Position numbers and translations under genes: made by a program. The notes beneath the pieces were generated by a model. The model was not told the origin of the DNA, searched no databases, and was given only the letters and a program-made list of their open reading frames with translations. A stretch of DNA of 19,279 nucleotides from a virus (taxonomy: Duplodnaviria; Heunggongvirae; Uroviricota; Caudoviricetes), in IMG/VR virus record IMGVR_UViG_2534681764_000019, positions 1-19,279 of that record; one strand, 5' to 3'. Below are positions 8,310 through 16,737 of the stretch, piece by piece; positions within the stretch are counted from its first letter, which is position 1; every line of letters begins with the position of its first letter.

Positions 8310-8388
8310 GAATATCTCCTTCGTTACCGATTAATTCTTTCATCTGACGAATGAATTCTTCGTCTGACCAGTTATCTGTAAAACTCAT
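8230..8388 (-). CDS. Small hypothetical ORF (52 aa)
   Basis: MSFTDNWSDEEFIRQMKELIGNEGDIHVTCNHSEGEQVTETHVHAESSLVSP; start overlaps the upstream ORF's stop as ATGA. Confidence 0.3.
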   Translation of the reverse strand: MSFTDNWSDEEFIRQMKELIGNEGDIHVTCNHSEGEQVTETHVHAESSLVSP

Positions 8389-8537
8389 TTCCTGCGATAC
8401 CACGGAAGGTTGATAGCTGATTTCATAGCTTTATTTGCTTCAAGCCACATTTTTGAATCACCAATAAATCTGGCTATTACTGCTTTGTTCTGTGCAGCAC
8501 GAAGCATCTGGTGATTAATGGCTATTTCATTGCGCAT
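8385..8537 (-). CDS. Small ORF (50 aa), Kil-like by position only
   Basis: MRNEIAINHQMLRAAQNKAVIARFIGDSKMWLEANKAMKSAINLPWYRRK with GGAGG RBS; overlaps the 3' end of the cIII-like ORF as kil overlaps cIII in lambda. Confidence 0.35.
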   Translation of the reverse strand: MRNEIAINHQMLRAAQNKAVIARFIGDSKMWLEANKAMKSAINLPWYRRK

Positions 8538-8656
8538 AACGCCTCCAGTTGTTTCTTTGCTGCTCTGATTAATTGTTTAACTCGGCGTGATAATTCAGAT
8601 TCGTGCGGGTAGAAAGCGGACATGACGCCGCTACCCGCGAGCTGAAAGTGCATCAT
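8522..8656 (-). CDS. CIII-like small protein (44 aa), divergent from lambda CIII
   Basis: MMHFQLAGSGVMSAFYPHESELSRRVKQLIRAAKKQLEALCAMK with AAGGAG RBS; resembles lambda CIII (MQYAIAGWPVAGCPSESLLERITRKLRDGWKRLIDIL...) in length, position and central basic helix, as recalled. Confidence 0.45.
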   Translation of the reverse strand: MMHFQLAGSGVMSAFYPHESELSRRVKQLIRAAKKQLEALCAMK

Positions 8657-8731
8657 GGGTAACTCCTTATATTTGATTGCATAACGAAAACGCCTAGAGT
8701 GAAGCGTTATTGGTATGCGGTAAAGCCGCGC

Positions 8732-9043
8732 TTAGGCGGCTGATGTTTCTTCTTTCAGGCTTTCGAGATATTTACGTGGGTCGTCGTAACATTGGCATTC
8801 GCTGTACCAATCCACCCAGCGATCAGTAAGCCCCATCTCTGATAAATCTTCATCGGTAAGGCTCTCATCCCACATCTCAAGGCCGTTAGCATTGCAGTAA
8901 TCAGGCTTGATGTTGTTGTCATACTGAAAGGCGTCATAATCAGCCAGTGCGTCCATCAGGCGAACACCCTCTTCAACACTTGCCACTTCTGCAATGAACG
9001 GTTTCATAGGTACTTGCGGGATATGCCAGACACGTAATTTCAT
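8732..9043 (-). CDS. Hypothetical 103-aa protein, positional equivalent of lambda ea10
   Basis: ORF MKLRVWHIPQVPMKPFIAEVASVEEG... with GGAGGA RBS; an upstream in-frame ATG at 9097 lacks an RBS. Confidence 0.55.
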   Translation of the reverse strand: MKLRVWHIPQVPMKPFIAEVASVEEGVRLMDALADYDAFQYDNNIKPDYCNANGLEMWDESLTDEDLSEMGLTDRWVDWYSECQCYDDPRKYLESLKEETSAA

Positions 9044-9218
9044 ATTTCCTCCGTCAAAAAAATTGCCCTCACACTGGAGGGCAAAGAAGATTTCCAATAA
9101 TCAGAACAAGTCGGCTCCTGTTTAGTTACGAGCGACATTGCTCCGTGTATTCACTCGTTGGAATGAATACACAGTGCAGTATTTATTCTGTTGTTTATGC
9201 TAAAAATAAAGGCCACCA

Positions 9219-9419
9219 TCAGGCAGCCTTGTTATTCTGTTTACCAAGTTCTCTGGCAATCATTGCCGTCGTTCGTATTGCCCATTTATCGACATATTTC
9301 CCATCCTCCATTACAGGAAACATTTCTTCAGGCTTAACCATGCATTCCGATTGCAGCTTGCATCCATTGCATCGCTTGAATTGTCCACACCATTGATTTT
9401 TATCAATAGTCGTAGTCAT
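9219..9419 (-). CDS. ral: Restriction alleviation protein Ral
   Basis: 66-aa ORF MTTTIDKNQWCGQFKRCNGCKLQSECMVKPEEMF...; matches lambda Ral in length and sequence as recalled. Confidence 0.8.
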   Translation of the reverse strand: MTTTIDKNQWCGQFKRCNGCKLQSECMVKPEEMFPVMEDGKYVDKWAIRTTAMIARELGKQNNKAA

Positions 9420-9489
9420 ACGGATAGTCCTGGTATTGTTCCATCACATCCTGAGGATGCTCTTCGAACTCTTCAAAATCTTCTTCCAT
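9403..9489 (-). CDS. 28-codon ORF (lambda orf28 equivalent), highly acidic
   Basis: MEEDFEEFEEHPQDVMEQYQDYPYDYDY with GAGGTGAG RBS; overlaps the ral start; same size and position as the small ORF beside ral in lambda. Confidence 0.45.
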   Translation of the reverse strand: MEEDFEEFEEHPQDVMEQYQDYPYDYDY

Positions 9490-9497
9490 ATCTCACC

Positions 9498-9824
9498 TCA
9501 AATAAGTGGTTTGCTGCCTAATTTCATTTTCTGGCGACCAACACAAGTCACACCCATTTCACTGCGTGGCTTGCTGTACCATGTGCGCTGATTCTTGCGC
9601 TCAATACGTTGCAGGTTGTTTTCAATCTGTTCGTGGTATTCAGCCAGCACCGTAAGGTCTATCGGATTCAGTGCGCTTTCTACTCGTAATTTCGGTTTGC
9701 GATTCAGCGAGAGAATAGGGCGGTTAACTGGTTTTGCGCTTACCCCAACCAACAGGGGATTTGCTGCTTTCCATTGAGCCTGTTTCTCTGCGCGACGTTC
9801 GCGGCGGCGTGTTTGTGCATCCAT
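9498..9824 (-). CDS. N: Antitermination protein N (lambda-type arginine-rich motif; C-terminus appears divergent)
   Basis: 108-aa ORF MDAQTRRRERRAEKQAQWKAANPLLVGVSAKPVNRPILSLNRKPK...; N-terminal part matches lambda N as recalled; about 200-nt leader containing nutL. Confidence 0.85.
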   Translation of the reverse strand: MDAQTRRRERRAEKQAQWKAANPLLVGVSAKPVNRPILSLNRKPKLRVESALNPIDLTVLAEYHEQIENNLQRIERKNQRTWYSKPRSEMGVTCVGRQKMKLGSKPLI

Positions 9825-10022
9825 CTGGATTCTCCTGTCAGTTAGCTTTGGTGATTGGATGGCCGGCGCTGAACCCCGGCTTACTGGTTAGAGCGCCCGC
9901 ACTACCAGTGACGCTGTCTTGAGGCGCAGATTGGTTACTGCTTGCCATGAGCGCTGTTTATACATTGGTCGAGCATCAGCCTGCTCATTCATCCAATCCC
10001 AAAGCCTTCTGCTTTGAATGCT

Positions 10023-10053
10023 GCCCTTCTTCAGGGCTTAATTTTTAAGAGCC
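10023..10053 (-). promoter_or_regulatory. nutL (boxB hairpin plus boxA-like element)
   Basis: Minus strand reads GCTCTTAAAAATTAAGCCCTGAAGAAGGGCAG; boxB GCCCTGAAGAAGGGC is at 10023-10037. Confidence 0.8.
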
Positions 10054-10092
10054 TCACCTTCATGGTGGTCAGTGCGTCCTGCTGATGCGCTC

Positions 10093-10155
10093 AGTATCAC
10101 CGCCAGTGGTATTTATGTCAACACCGCCAGAGATAATTTATCACCGCAGATGGTT
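10093..10155 (-). promoter_or_regulatory. pL promoter with operators OL1-OL3
   Basis: OL1 TATCACCGCCAGTGGTA (10095-10111), OL2 CAACACCGCCAGAGATA (10119-10135), OL3 TATCACCGCAGATGGTT (10139-10155); minus-strand -35 TTGACA and -10 GATACT. Confidence 0.9.
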
Positions 10156-10311
10156 ATCTGTATGTTTTTTATATAGATTTATTTTTTGCAGGGTTGCGTG
10201 GCTTGGGAGGTGATCGAGAGATCTGAATTGCGATGTTTAGTGAGTTGTATCTATCAATTTTTCAATAAATACAATTTGTTAAGGTGTTGTTAGGTGTGTG
10301 GAGCGAGAGGC

Positions 10312-10337
10312 AAAGAAAACCCGGCACTGGGGCCGGG
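10312..10337 (-). terminator. Intrinsic terminator downstream of the ParA-like gene (tImm analogue)
   Basis: Minus-strand hairpin CCCGGC-cccagt-GCCGGG followed by TTTTCTTT, 10 nt past the stop at 10347-10349. Confidence 0.65.
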
Positions 10338-10346
10338 TTGGTTAAT

Positions 10347-11369
10347 TTATAGTTTAACCACCATCCTATCAATGGCTTCTAAGCAAGATTGTTTATATGG
10401 GGCATTAACTTTTACCCTTCTGTTCATAACTCGTACGCTCCCTGTTGGTAGGATCGAAAATGGACATCCTTTAGCAAAGGCAACAACACCAGTTGTCTGA
10501 AAATCTTTAATATTTACCACTCCCTCTTCAATATTTTCGAAGTCGAAAATTTCAGGGTTACTTAGTAATAGTTGCTGAATATCATTATCGATTGATTTCA
10601 GAACTGCGGCATAGGCTGATGCAGGCCCCATATACTGTGTAAGACGGTTTTTTGCGATCATATGCACTTTGGGTAGTGGTCTGCTCACCGCGGTAAGTTT
10701 GTTTGCAAATGCGTAGGATGCATAAATATCAGATGGCAACTTTAATCCATAAATCAAAGAGAAAGCATTTTGAATGGCGCGACGAGAGGAATCATCAGCC
10801 ATAACTGGCAAGATGAGCTTTTCTACAGCAGCTAATGCTATTTGAGTATAAATTGAAAAACTAGGATTACAGTCAATAAATAAAACATCGTACTCATCAT
10901 TTAGATCTTTAATAAGATCATTAATCCAATCAATGATGCTTACCCATGCATTTGTTCCTGGAATCTGCTGATTAGCAAGAGTGTTGATGGCGTTTGCTTG
11001 AAGCTCAAGAAGCGGGTCACCGCATACCAACGATATATTGGCTGGAATATGTTCGTTGAATTTTTTTGGGTGTGTCAAATAATCGTGGGCATCAACAATG
11101 GGTTTTTGATAAGGCGTCGGGAGGCGCATTTGGAAGTAGCCACCCAAAGTACATCTATTATTTATATCATGCCTAGTCAATAAGTTTATGCTTCCATTAC
11201 CTATTAACCCCCCAAGAAAAAGCTCTGACAAGTTTGCCTGTGGGCACACATCAATAACCAACACGCGCTCAAGCGGGTGAATTTCTGCATATCTGCAAAT
11301 AGCTTGAAATGACAGGCTTGTTTTCCCTGTTCCTCCCTTGTTGTTCCATATAGCATATTTCTTCATCAT
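10347..11369 (-). CDS. ParA/MinD-family P-loop ATPase with about 80-90 aa C-terminal extension, in the position lambda uses for rexA-rexB
   Basis: 340-aa ORF MMKKYAIWNNKGGTGKTSLS...; deviant Walker A KGGTGKT, A' motif VLVIDVCPQANLS, Walker B-like VLFIDCNP; AGGAG RBS 6 nt before the ATG at 11369; an in-frame ATG at 11441 has no RBS. Confidence 0.75.
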   Translation of the reverse strand: MMKKYAIWNNKGGTGKTSLSFQAICRYAEIHPLERVLVIDVCPQANLSELFLGGLIGNGSINLLTRHDINNRCTLGGYFQMRLPTPYQKPIVDAHDYLTHPKKFNEHIPANISLVCGDPLLELQANAINTLANQQIPGTNAWVSIIDWINDLIKDLNDEYDVLFIDCNPSFSIYTQIALAAVEKLILPVMADDSSRRAIQNAFSLIYGLKLPSDIYASYAFANKLTAVSRPLPKVHMIAKNRLTQYMGPASAYAAVLKSIDNDIQQLLLSNPEIFDFENIEEGVVNIKDFQTTGVVAFAKGCPFSILPTGSVRVMNRRVKVNAPYKQSCLEAIDRMVVKL

Positions 11370-11404
11370 AAACTCCTGGTTAACGATGTCATTGCTGGTT
11401 AATG

Positions 11405-11486
11405 TTTTACCATTGGTAAAGTGGTGCACCAAGAGTGACACGGTAAACCAAATAGATCAAGACTTTTGGTAAACGATTTACCAGTG
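11405..11486. promoter_or_regulatory. Operator-like inverted repeats between cI and the ParA-like gene
   Basis: TTTACCA-T-TGGTAAA (11406-11420), GGTGCACC (11422-11429), half-site GGTAAAC (11442-11448), TGGTAAA-CGA-TTTACCA (11466-11482); a minus-strand TTGGTG-17nt-TAAAAC promoter-like element overlaps them. Confidence 0.4.
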
Positions 11487-11537
11487 GTGACATCGATAAC
11501 CGAAAAAGACTGCATTTCTGCAACCTGTTTCACACAA

Positions 11538-12254
<717 letters not shown>

Positions 12255-12261
12255 TTAAATC

Positions 12262-12327
12262 TATCACCGCAAGGGATAAATATCTAACACCGTGCGTGTT
12301 GACTATTTTACCTCTGGCGGTGATAAT
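12262..12327. promoter_or_regulatory. OR3-OR2-OR1 operators with divergent pRM and pR promoters
   Basis: OR3 TATCACCGCAAGGGATA (12262-12278), OR2 TAACACCGTGCGTGTTG (12285-12301), OR1 TACCTCTGGCGGTGATA (12309-12325); pR -35 TTGACT (12299-12304), -10 GATAAT (12322-12327). Confidence 0.9.
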
Positions 12328-12342
12328 GGTTGCATGTACTAA

Positions 12343-12552
<210 letters not shown>

Positions 12553-12559
12553 ATAACCC

Positions 12560-12592
12560 CGCTCTTACACATTCCAGCCCTGAAAAAGGGCA
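12560..12592 (+). promoter_or_regulatory. nutR (boxA CGCTCTTAC and boxB GCCCTGAAAAAGGGC)
   Basis: Both motifs present in order just downstream of cro. Confidence 0.85.
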
Positions 12593-12670
12593 TCAAATTA
12601 AACCACACCTATGGTGTATGCATTTATTTGCATACATTCAATCAATTGTTATCTAAGGAAATACTTACAT

Positions 12671-12949
12671 ATGCAACTTACAAGTACTCGCAAGAAAGCG
12701 AATGCAATTACAAGCAACATCCTGAATCGAATTGCTGTACGTGGTCAGCGAAAGGTTGCCGACGCGTTAGGGATTAATGAATCGCAAATTTCGCGATGGA
12801 AAGACAGCTTCATCCCAAAAATGGGAATGCTTCTGGCTGTTCTTGAATGGGGTGTTGAAGACGAGGAGTTGGCGGAACTGGCTAAGCAAGTAGCCAGAAT
12901 GCTGACAAAAGAAAAAGCCCCGAAGAACGGCGAATTCTTCGAGGCCTGA
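12671..12949 (+). CDS. cII: CII-like transcriptional activator, divergent from lambda CII
   Basis: 92-aa ORF MQLTSTRKKANAITSNILNRIAVRGQRKVADALGINESQISRWKDSFIPKMGMLLAVLEWGVEDEEL...; shares the SQISRWK and MLLAVLEWGV core with lambda CII but differs elsewhere; leader TTGTTATCTAAGGAAATACTTACATATG is lambda-like. Confidence 0.85.
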   Translation: MQLTSTRKKANAITSNILNRIAVRGQRKVADALGINESQISRWKDSFIPKMGMLLAVLEWGVEDEELAELAKQVARMLTKEKAPKNGEFFEA

Positions 12950-12983
12950 TGTAGAAAGACTGGATCAATCCACAGGAGTCATT

Positions 12984-13883
12984 ATGACAAATACAGCAAA
13001 AATACTCAACTTCGGCAGAGGTAACTTTGCCGAACAGGAGCGTAATGTGGCAGATCTCGATGATGGTTACGCCAGACTATCAAATATGCTGCTTGAGGCT
13101 TATTCAGGCGCAGATCTGACCAAGCGACAGTTTAAAGTGCTGCTTGCCATTCTGCGTAAAACCTATGGGTGGAATAAACCAATGGACAGAATCACCGATT
13201 CTCAACTTAGCGAGATTACAAAGTTACCTGTCAAACGGTGCAATGAAGCCAAGTTAGAGCTCGTCAGAATGAATATTATCAAGCAGCAAGGCGGCATGTT
13301 TGGACCAAATAAATACATCTCAGAATGGTGTATCCCTCAAAACGAGGGAAAATCCCCTAAAACGAGGGATAAAACATCCCTCAAATTGGGGGATTGCTAT
13401 CCCTCAAAACAGGGGGACACAAAAGACACTATTACAAAAGAAAAAAGAAAAGATTATTCGTCCGAGAATTCTGGCGAATCCTCTGACCAGCCAGAAAACG
13501 ATCTTTCTGTGGTTAAACCGGATGCTGCAATTCAGAGCGGCAGCAAGTGGGGAACAGCAGAAGACCTGACCGCCGCAGAGTGGATGTTTGACATGGTGAA
13601 GACCATCGCGCCATCAGCCAGAAAACCGAATTTTGCTGGGTGGGCTAACGATATCCGCCTGATGCGTGAACGTGACGGACGTAACCACCGCGATATGTGT
13701 GTGCTTTTCCGCTGGGCCTGCCAGGACAACTTCTGGTCCGGTAACGTGCTGAGTCCGGCCAAACTCCGCGACAAGTGGACCCAGCTCGAAATCAACCGTA
13801 ACAAGCAACAGGCAGGCGTGACAGCCAGCAAACCAAAACTCGACCTGACAAACACTGACTGGATTTACGGGGTGGATTTATGA
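12984..13883 (+). CDS. O: Replication initiator O
   Basis: 299-aa ORF MTNTAKILNFGRGNFAEQERNVADLDDGYARLSNMLLEAY..., lambda O as recalled; contains the ori iterons. Confidence 0.95.
   Translation: MTNTAKILNFGRGNFAEQERNVADLDDGYARLSNMLLEAYSGADLTKRQFKVLLAILRKTYGWNKPMDRITDSQLSEITKLPVKRCNEAKLELVRMNIIKQQGGMFGPNKYISEWCIPQNEGKSPKTRDKTSLKLGDCYPSKQGDTKDTITKEKRKDYSSENSGESSDQPENDLSVVKPDAAIQSGSKWGTAEDLTAAEWMFDMVKTIAPSARKPNFAGWANDIRLMRERDGRNHRDMCVLFRWACQDNFWSGNVLSPAKLRDKWTQLEINRNKQQAGVTASKPKLDLTNTDWIYGVDL
13332..13460. repeat. ori-lambda: four iterons plus AT-rich unwinding region inside O
   Basis: ATCCCTCAAAACGAGGGA (13332-13349), ATCCCCTAAAACGAGGGA (13352-13369), ATCCCTCAAATTGGGGGA (13376-13393), ATCCCTCAAAACAGGGGGA (13399-13417), then ATTACAAAAGAAAAAAGAAAAGATTATT. 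Confidence 0.9.
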
Positions 13884-14581
13884 AAAACATCGCCGCACAG
13901 ATGGTTAACTTTGACCGTGAGCAGATGCGTCGGATCGCCAACAACATGCCGGAACAGTACGACGAAAAGCCGCAGGTACAACAGGTAGCGCAGATCATCA
14001 ATGGTGTGTTCAGCCAGTTACTGGCAACTTTCCCGGCGAGCCTGGCTAACCGGGACCAGAACGAACTGAACGAAATCCGCCGCCAGTGGGTGCTGGCTTT
14101 CCGGGAAAACGGGATCACCACAATGGAACAGGTTAACGCAGGAATGCGCGTAGCCCGTCGGCAGAATCGACCATTTCTGCCATCACCCGGGCAGTTTGTT
14201 GCATGGTGCCGGGAAGAAGCATCCGTTATCGCCGGACTGCCAAACGTCAGCGAGCTGGTTGATATGGTTTACGAGTATTGCCGGAAGCGAGGCCTGTATC
14301 CGGATGCGGAGTCTTATCCGTGGAAATCAAACGCGCACTACTGGCTGGTTACCAACCTGTATCAGAACATGCGGGCCAATGCGCTTACTGATGCGGAATT
14401 ACGCCGTAAGGCCGCAGATGAGCTTGTCCATATGACTGCGAGAATTAACCATGGTGAGGCGATCCCTGAACCAGTAAAACAACTTCCTGTCATGGGCGGT
14501 AGACCTCTAAATCGTGCACAGGCTCTGGCGAAGATCGCAGAAATTAAAGCTAAGTTCGGACTGAAAGGAGCAAGTGTATGA
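13880..14581 (+). CDS. P: Replication protein P (DnaB helicase loader)
   Basis: 233-aa ORF MKNIAAQMVNFDREQMRRIANNMPEQYDEKPQVQQV..., lambda P as recalled; start overlaps the O stop. Confidence 0.95.
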   Translation: MKNIAAQMVNFDREQMRRIANNMPEQYDEKPQVQQVAQIINGVFSQLLATFPASLANRDQNELNEIRRQWVLAFRENGITTMEQVNAGMRVARRQNRPFLPSPGQFVAWCREEASVIAGLPNVSELVDMVYEYCRKRGLYPDAESYPWKSNAHYWLVTNLYQNMRANALTDAELRRKAADELVHMTARINHGEAIPEPVKQLPVMGGRPLNRAQALAKIAEIKAKFGLKGASV

Positions 14582-14868
14582 CGGGCAAAGAGGCAATTAT
14601 TCATTACCTGGGGACGCATAAGAGCTTCTGTGCACAAGACGTTGCCGCGGTAACAGGCGCAACCGTAACCAGCATAAATCAGGCTGCGGCTAAAATGGCG
14701 CGGGCAGGAATCCTGGTCGTTGATGGTAAGGTCTGGCGAACGGTGTATTACCGGTTCGCTACCAGAGAAGAACGGGAAGGAAAGGTGAGCACGAATCTGA
14801 TTTTTAAGGAGTGTCGCCAGAGTGCCGCGATGAAACGGGTATTGGCGGTATATGGAGTTAAAAGATGA
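14578..14868 (+). CDS. ren: Ren protein
   Basis: 96-aa ORF MTGKEAIIHYLGTHKSFCAQDVAAVTGATV..., lambda Ren as recalled; overlaps the P stop. Confidence 0.9.
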   Translation: MTGKEAIIHYLGTHKSFCAQDVAAVTGATVTSINQAAAKMARAGILVVDGKVWRTVYYRFATREEREGKVSTNLIFKECRQSAAMKRVLAVYGVKR

Positions 14869-14893
14869 CCATCTACATCACTGAGCTAATAAC

Positions 14894-14922
14894 AGGCCTG
14901 CTGGTAATCGCAGGCCTTTTTA
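14894..14922 (+). terminator. tR2-like intrinsic terminator between ren and ninB
   Basis: Hairpin AGGCCTGC-tggtaatc-GCAGGCCT followed by TTTTTATTT. Confidence 0.75.
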
Positions 14923-14941
14923 TTTGGGGGAGAGGGAAGTC

Positions 14942-15382
14942 ATGAAAAAACTAACCTTTGAAATTCGATCTCCAGCACATCAGCAAAACGCTATTCACGC
15001 GGTACAGCAAATTCTTCCAGACCCAACCAAACCAATCGTAGTAACCATTCAGGAACGCAACCGCAGCTTAGACCAGAATCGAAAGCTTTGGGCTTGCCTT
15101 GGTGACGTCTCTCGTCAGGTTGAATGGCATGGTCGCTGGCTGGATGCAGAAAGCTGGAAGTGTGTGTTTACCGCAGCATTAAAGCAGCAGGATGTTGTTC
15201 CTAACCTTGCCGGGAATGGCTTTGTGGTAATAGGCCAGTCAACCAGCAGGATGCGTGTAAGCGAATTTGCGGAGCTATTAGAGCTTATACAGGCATTCGG
15301 TACAGAGCGTGGCGTTAAGTGGTCAGACGAAGCGCGACTGGCTCTGGAGTGGAAAGCGAGATGGGGAGACAGGGCTGCATGA
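14942..15382 (+). CDS. ninB: NinB (recombination protein)
   Basis: 146-aa ORF MKKLTFEIRSPAHQQNAIHAVQQILPDPTKPIVV... with GGAGAGGGAAG RBS; lambda NinB as recalled. Confidence 0.9.
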   Translation: MKKLTFEIRSPAHQQNAIHAVQQILPDPTKPIVVTIQERNRSLDQNRKLWACLGDVSRQVEWHGRWLDAESWKCVFTAALKQQDVVPNLAGNGFVVIGQSTSRMRVSEFAELLELIQAFGTERGVKWSDEARLALEWKARWGDRAA

Positions 15383-16251
15383 TAAATGTCGTTAGTTTCT
15401 CCGGTGGCAGGACGTCAGCATATTTGCTCTGGCTAATGGAGCAAAAGCGACGGGCAGGTAAAGACGTGCATTACGTTTTCATGGATACAGGTTGTGAACA
15501 CCCGATGACATATCGGTTTGTCAGGGAAGTTGTGAAGTTCTGGGATATACCGCTCACCGTATTGCAGGTTGATATCAACCCGGAGCTTGGACAGCCAAAT
15601 GGTTATACGGTATGGGAACCAAAGGACATTCAGACGCGAATGCCTGTTCTGAAGCCATTTATCGATATGGTAAAGAAATATGGCACTCCATACGTCGGCG
15701 GCGCGTTCTGCACTGACAGATTAAAACTCGTTCCCTTCACCAAATACTGTGATGACCATTTCGGGCGAGGGAATTACACCACGTGGATTGGCATCAGAGC
15801 TGATGAACCGAAGCGGCTAAAGCCAAAGCCTGGAATCAGATATCTTGCTGAACTGTCAGACTTTGAGAAGGAAGATATCCTCGCATGGTGGAAGCAACAA
15901 CCATTCGATTTGCAAATACCGGAACATCTCGGTAACTGCATATTCTGCATTAAAAAATCAACGCAAAAAATCGGACTTGCCTGCAAAGATGAGGAGGGAT
16001 TGCAGCGTGTTTTTAATGAGGTCATCACGGGATCCCATGTGCGTGACGGACATCGGGAAACGCCAAAGGAGATTATGTACCGAGGAAGAATGTCGCTGGA
16101 CGGTATCGCGAAAATGTATTCAGAAAATGATTATCAAGCCCTGTATCAGGACATGGTACGAGCTAAAAGATTCGATACCGGCTCTTGTTCTGAGTCATGC
16201 GAAATATTTGGAGGGCAGCTTGATTTCGACTTCGGGAGGGAAGCTGCATGA
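15379..16251 (+). CDS. ninC: NinC (PAPS-reductase-like fold)
   Basis: 290-aa [41 protein letters not shown]...; SGGRTS P-loop-like motif; start overlaps the ninB stop. Confidence 0.9.
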   Translation: MINVVSFSGGRTSAYLLWLMEQKRRAGKDVHYVFMDTGCEHPMTYRFVREVVKFWDIPLTVLQVDINPELGQPNGYTVWEPKDIQTRMPVLKPFIDMVKKYGTPYVGGAFCTDRLKLVPFTKYCDDHFGRGNYTTWIGIRADEPKRLKPKPGIRYLAELSDFEKEDILAWWKQQPFDLQIPEHLGNCIFCIKKSTQKIGLACKDEEGLQRVFNEVITGSHVRDGHRETPKEIMYRGRMSLDGIAKMYSENDYQALYQDMVRAKRFDTGSCSESCEIFGGQLDFDFGREAA

Positions 16252-16421
16252 TGCGATGTTATCGGTGCGGTGAATGCAAAGAAGATAACCGCTTCCGACC
16301 AAATCAACCTTACTGGAATCGATGGTGTCTCCGATGTGAAAGAACACCAACAGGGGTGTTACCACTACCGCAGGAAAAGGAGGACGTGTGGCTAGACAGC
16401 GACGAAGTATCACCGACATAA
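16248..16421 (+). CDS. ninD: NinD (small Cys-rich protein)
   Basis: 57-aa [60 protein letters not shown], translated by hand (below the ORF-track cutoff). Confidence 0.75.
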   Translation: MMRCYRCGECKEDNRFRPNQPYWNRWCLRCERTPTGVLPLPQEKEDVWLDSDEVSPT

Positions 16422-16570
16422 TCTGCGAAAACTGCAAATACCTTCCAACGAAACGCTCCAGAAATAAACGCAAGCCAATCCCAAAAGAATCTGACGTAAA
16501 AACCTTCAACTACACGGCTCACCTGTGGGATATCCGGTGGCTAAGACATCGTGCGAGGAATACAAGGTGA
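16388..16570 (+). CDS. ninE: NinE
   Basis: 60-aa ORF with GTG start ([36 protein letters not shown]...); overlaps ninD 3' end; same length as lambda ninE. Confidence 0.8.
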   Translation: MARQRRSITDIICENCKYLPTKRSRNKRKPIPKESDVKTFNYTAHLWDIRWLRHRARNTR

Positions 16571-16737
16571 TTGACCCAAATCGAAGTTACGAACAAGAAA
16601 GCGTCGAGCGGGCTTTAACGTGCGCTAATTGCGGTCAGAAGCTGCATGTGCTGGAAGTTCACGTGTGTGAGTACTGCTGTGCAGAGCTGATGAGCGATTC
16701 GAATAGCTCGATGCACGAGGAAGAAGATGATGGCTAA
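16567..16737 (+). CDS. ninF: NinF
   Basis: 56-aa ORF from GTG ([44 protein letters not shown]...) with GAGGA RBS; same length as lambda ninF. Confidence 0.7.

Noticed and set aside
8732-9097. Longer 121-aa version of the ea10-position ORF starting at 9097
   Set aside because: No RBS before that ATG, whereas the ATG at 9043 has GGAGGA at ideal spacing; the shorter start is preferred.
9145-9396. Plus-strand 83-aa ORF overlapping ral
   Set aside because: Antisense to ral and inside the leftward pL operon; no RBS.
10347-11441. Extended 364-aa version of the ParA-like ORF starting at 11441
   Set aside because: The ATG at 11369 has an AGGAG RBS and puts the Walker A 11 residues from the N-terminus as in ParA/MinD proteins; the upstream extension has no RBS and runs through the palindromes.
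13300-14121. ORFs antisense or out of frame within O and P (13300-13569, 13532-13855, 13614-13808, 13792-14121)
   Set aside because: Embedded in the recognised O and P genes; the repetitive iteron region inflates spurious frames.
15774-16522. ORFs overlapping ninC and ninD-ninE on either strand (15774-16028, 15845-16273, 16195-16509, 16310-16522)
   Set aside because: Conflict with the compact, overlapping ninC-D-E-F-G chain; no independent start signals.
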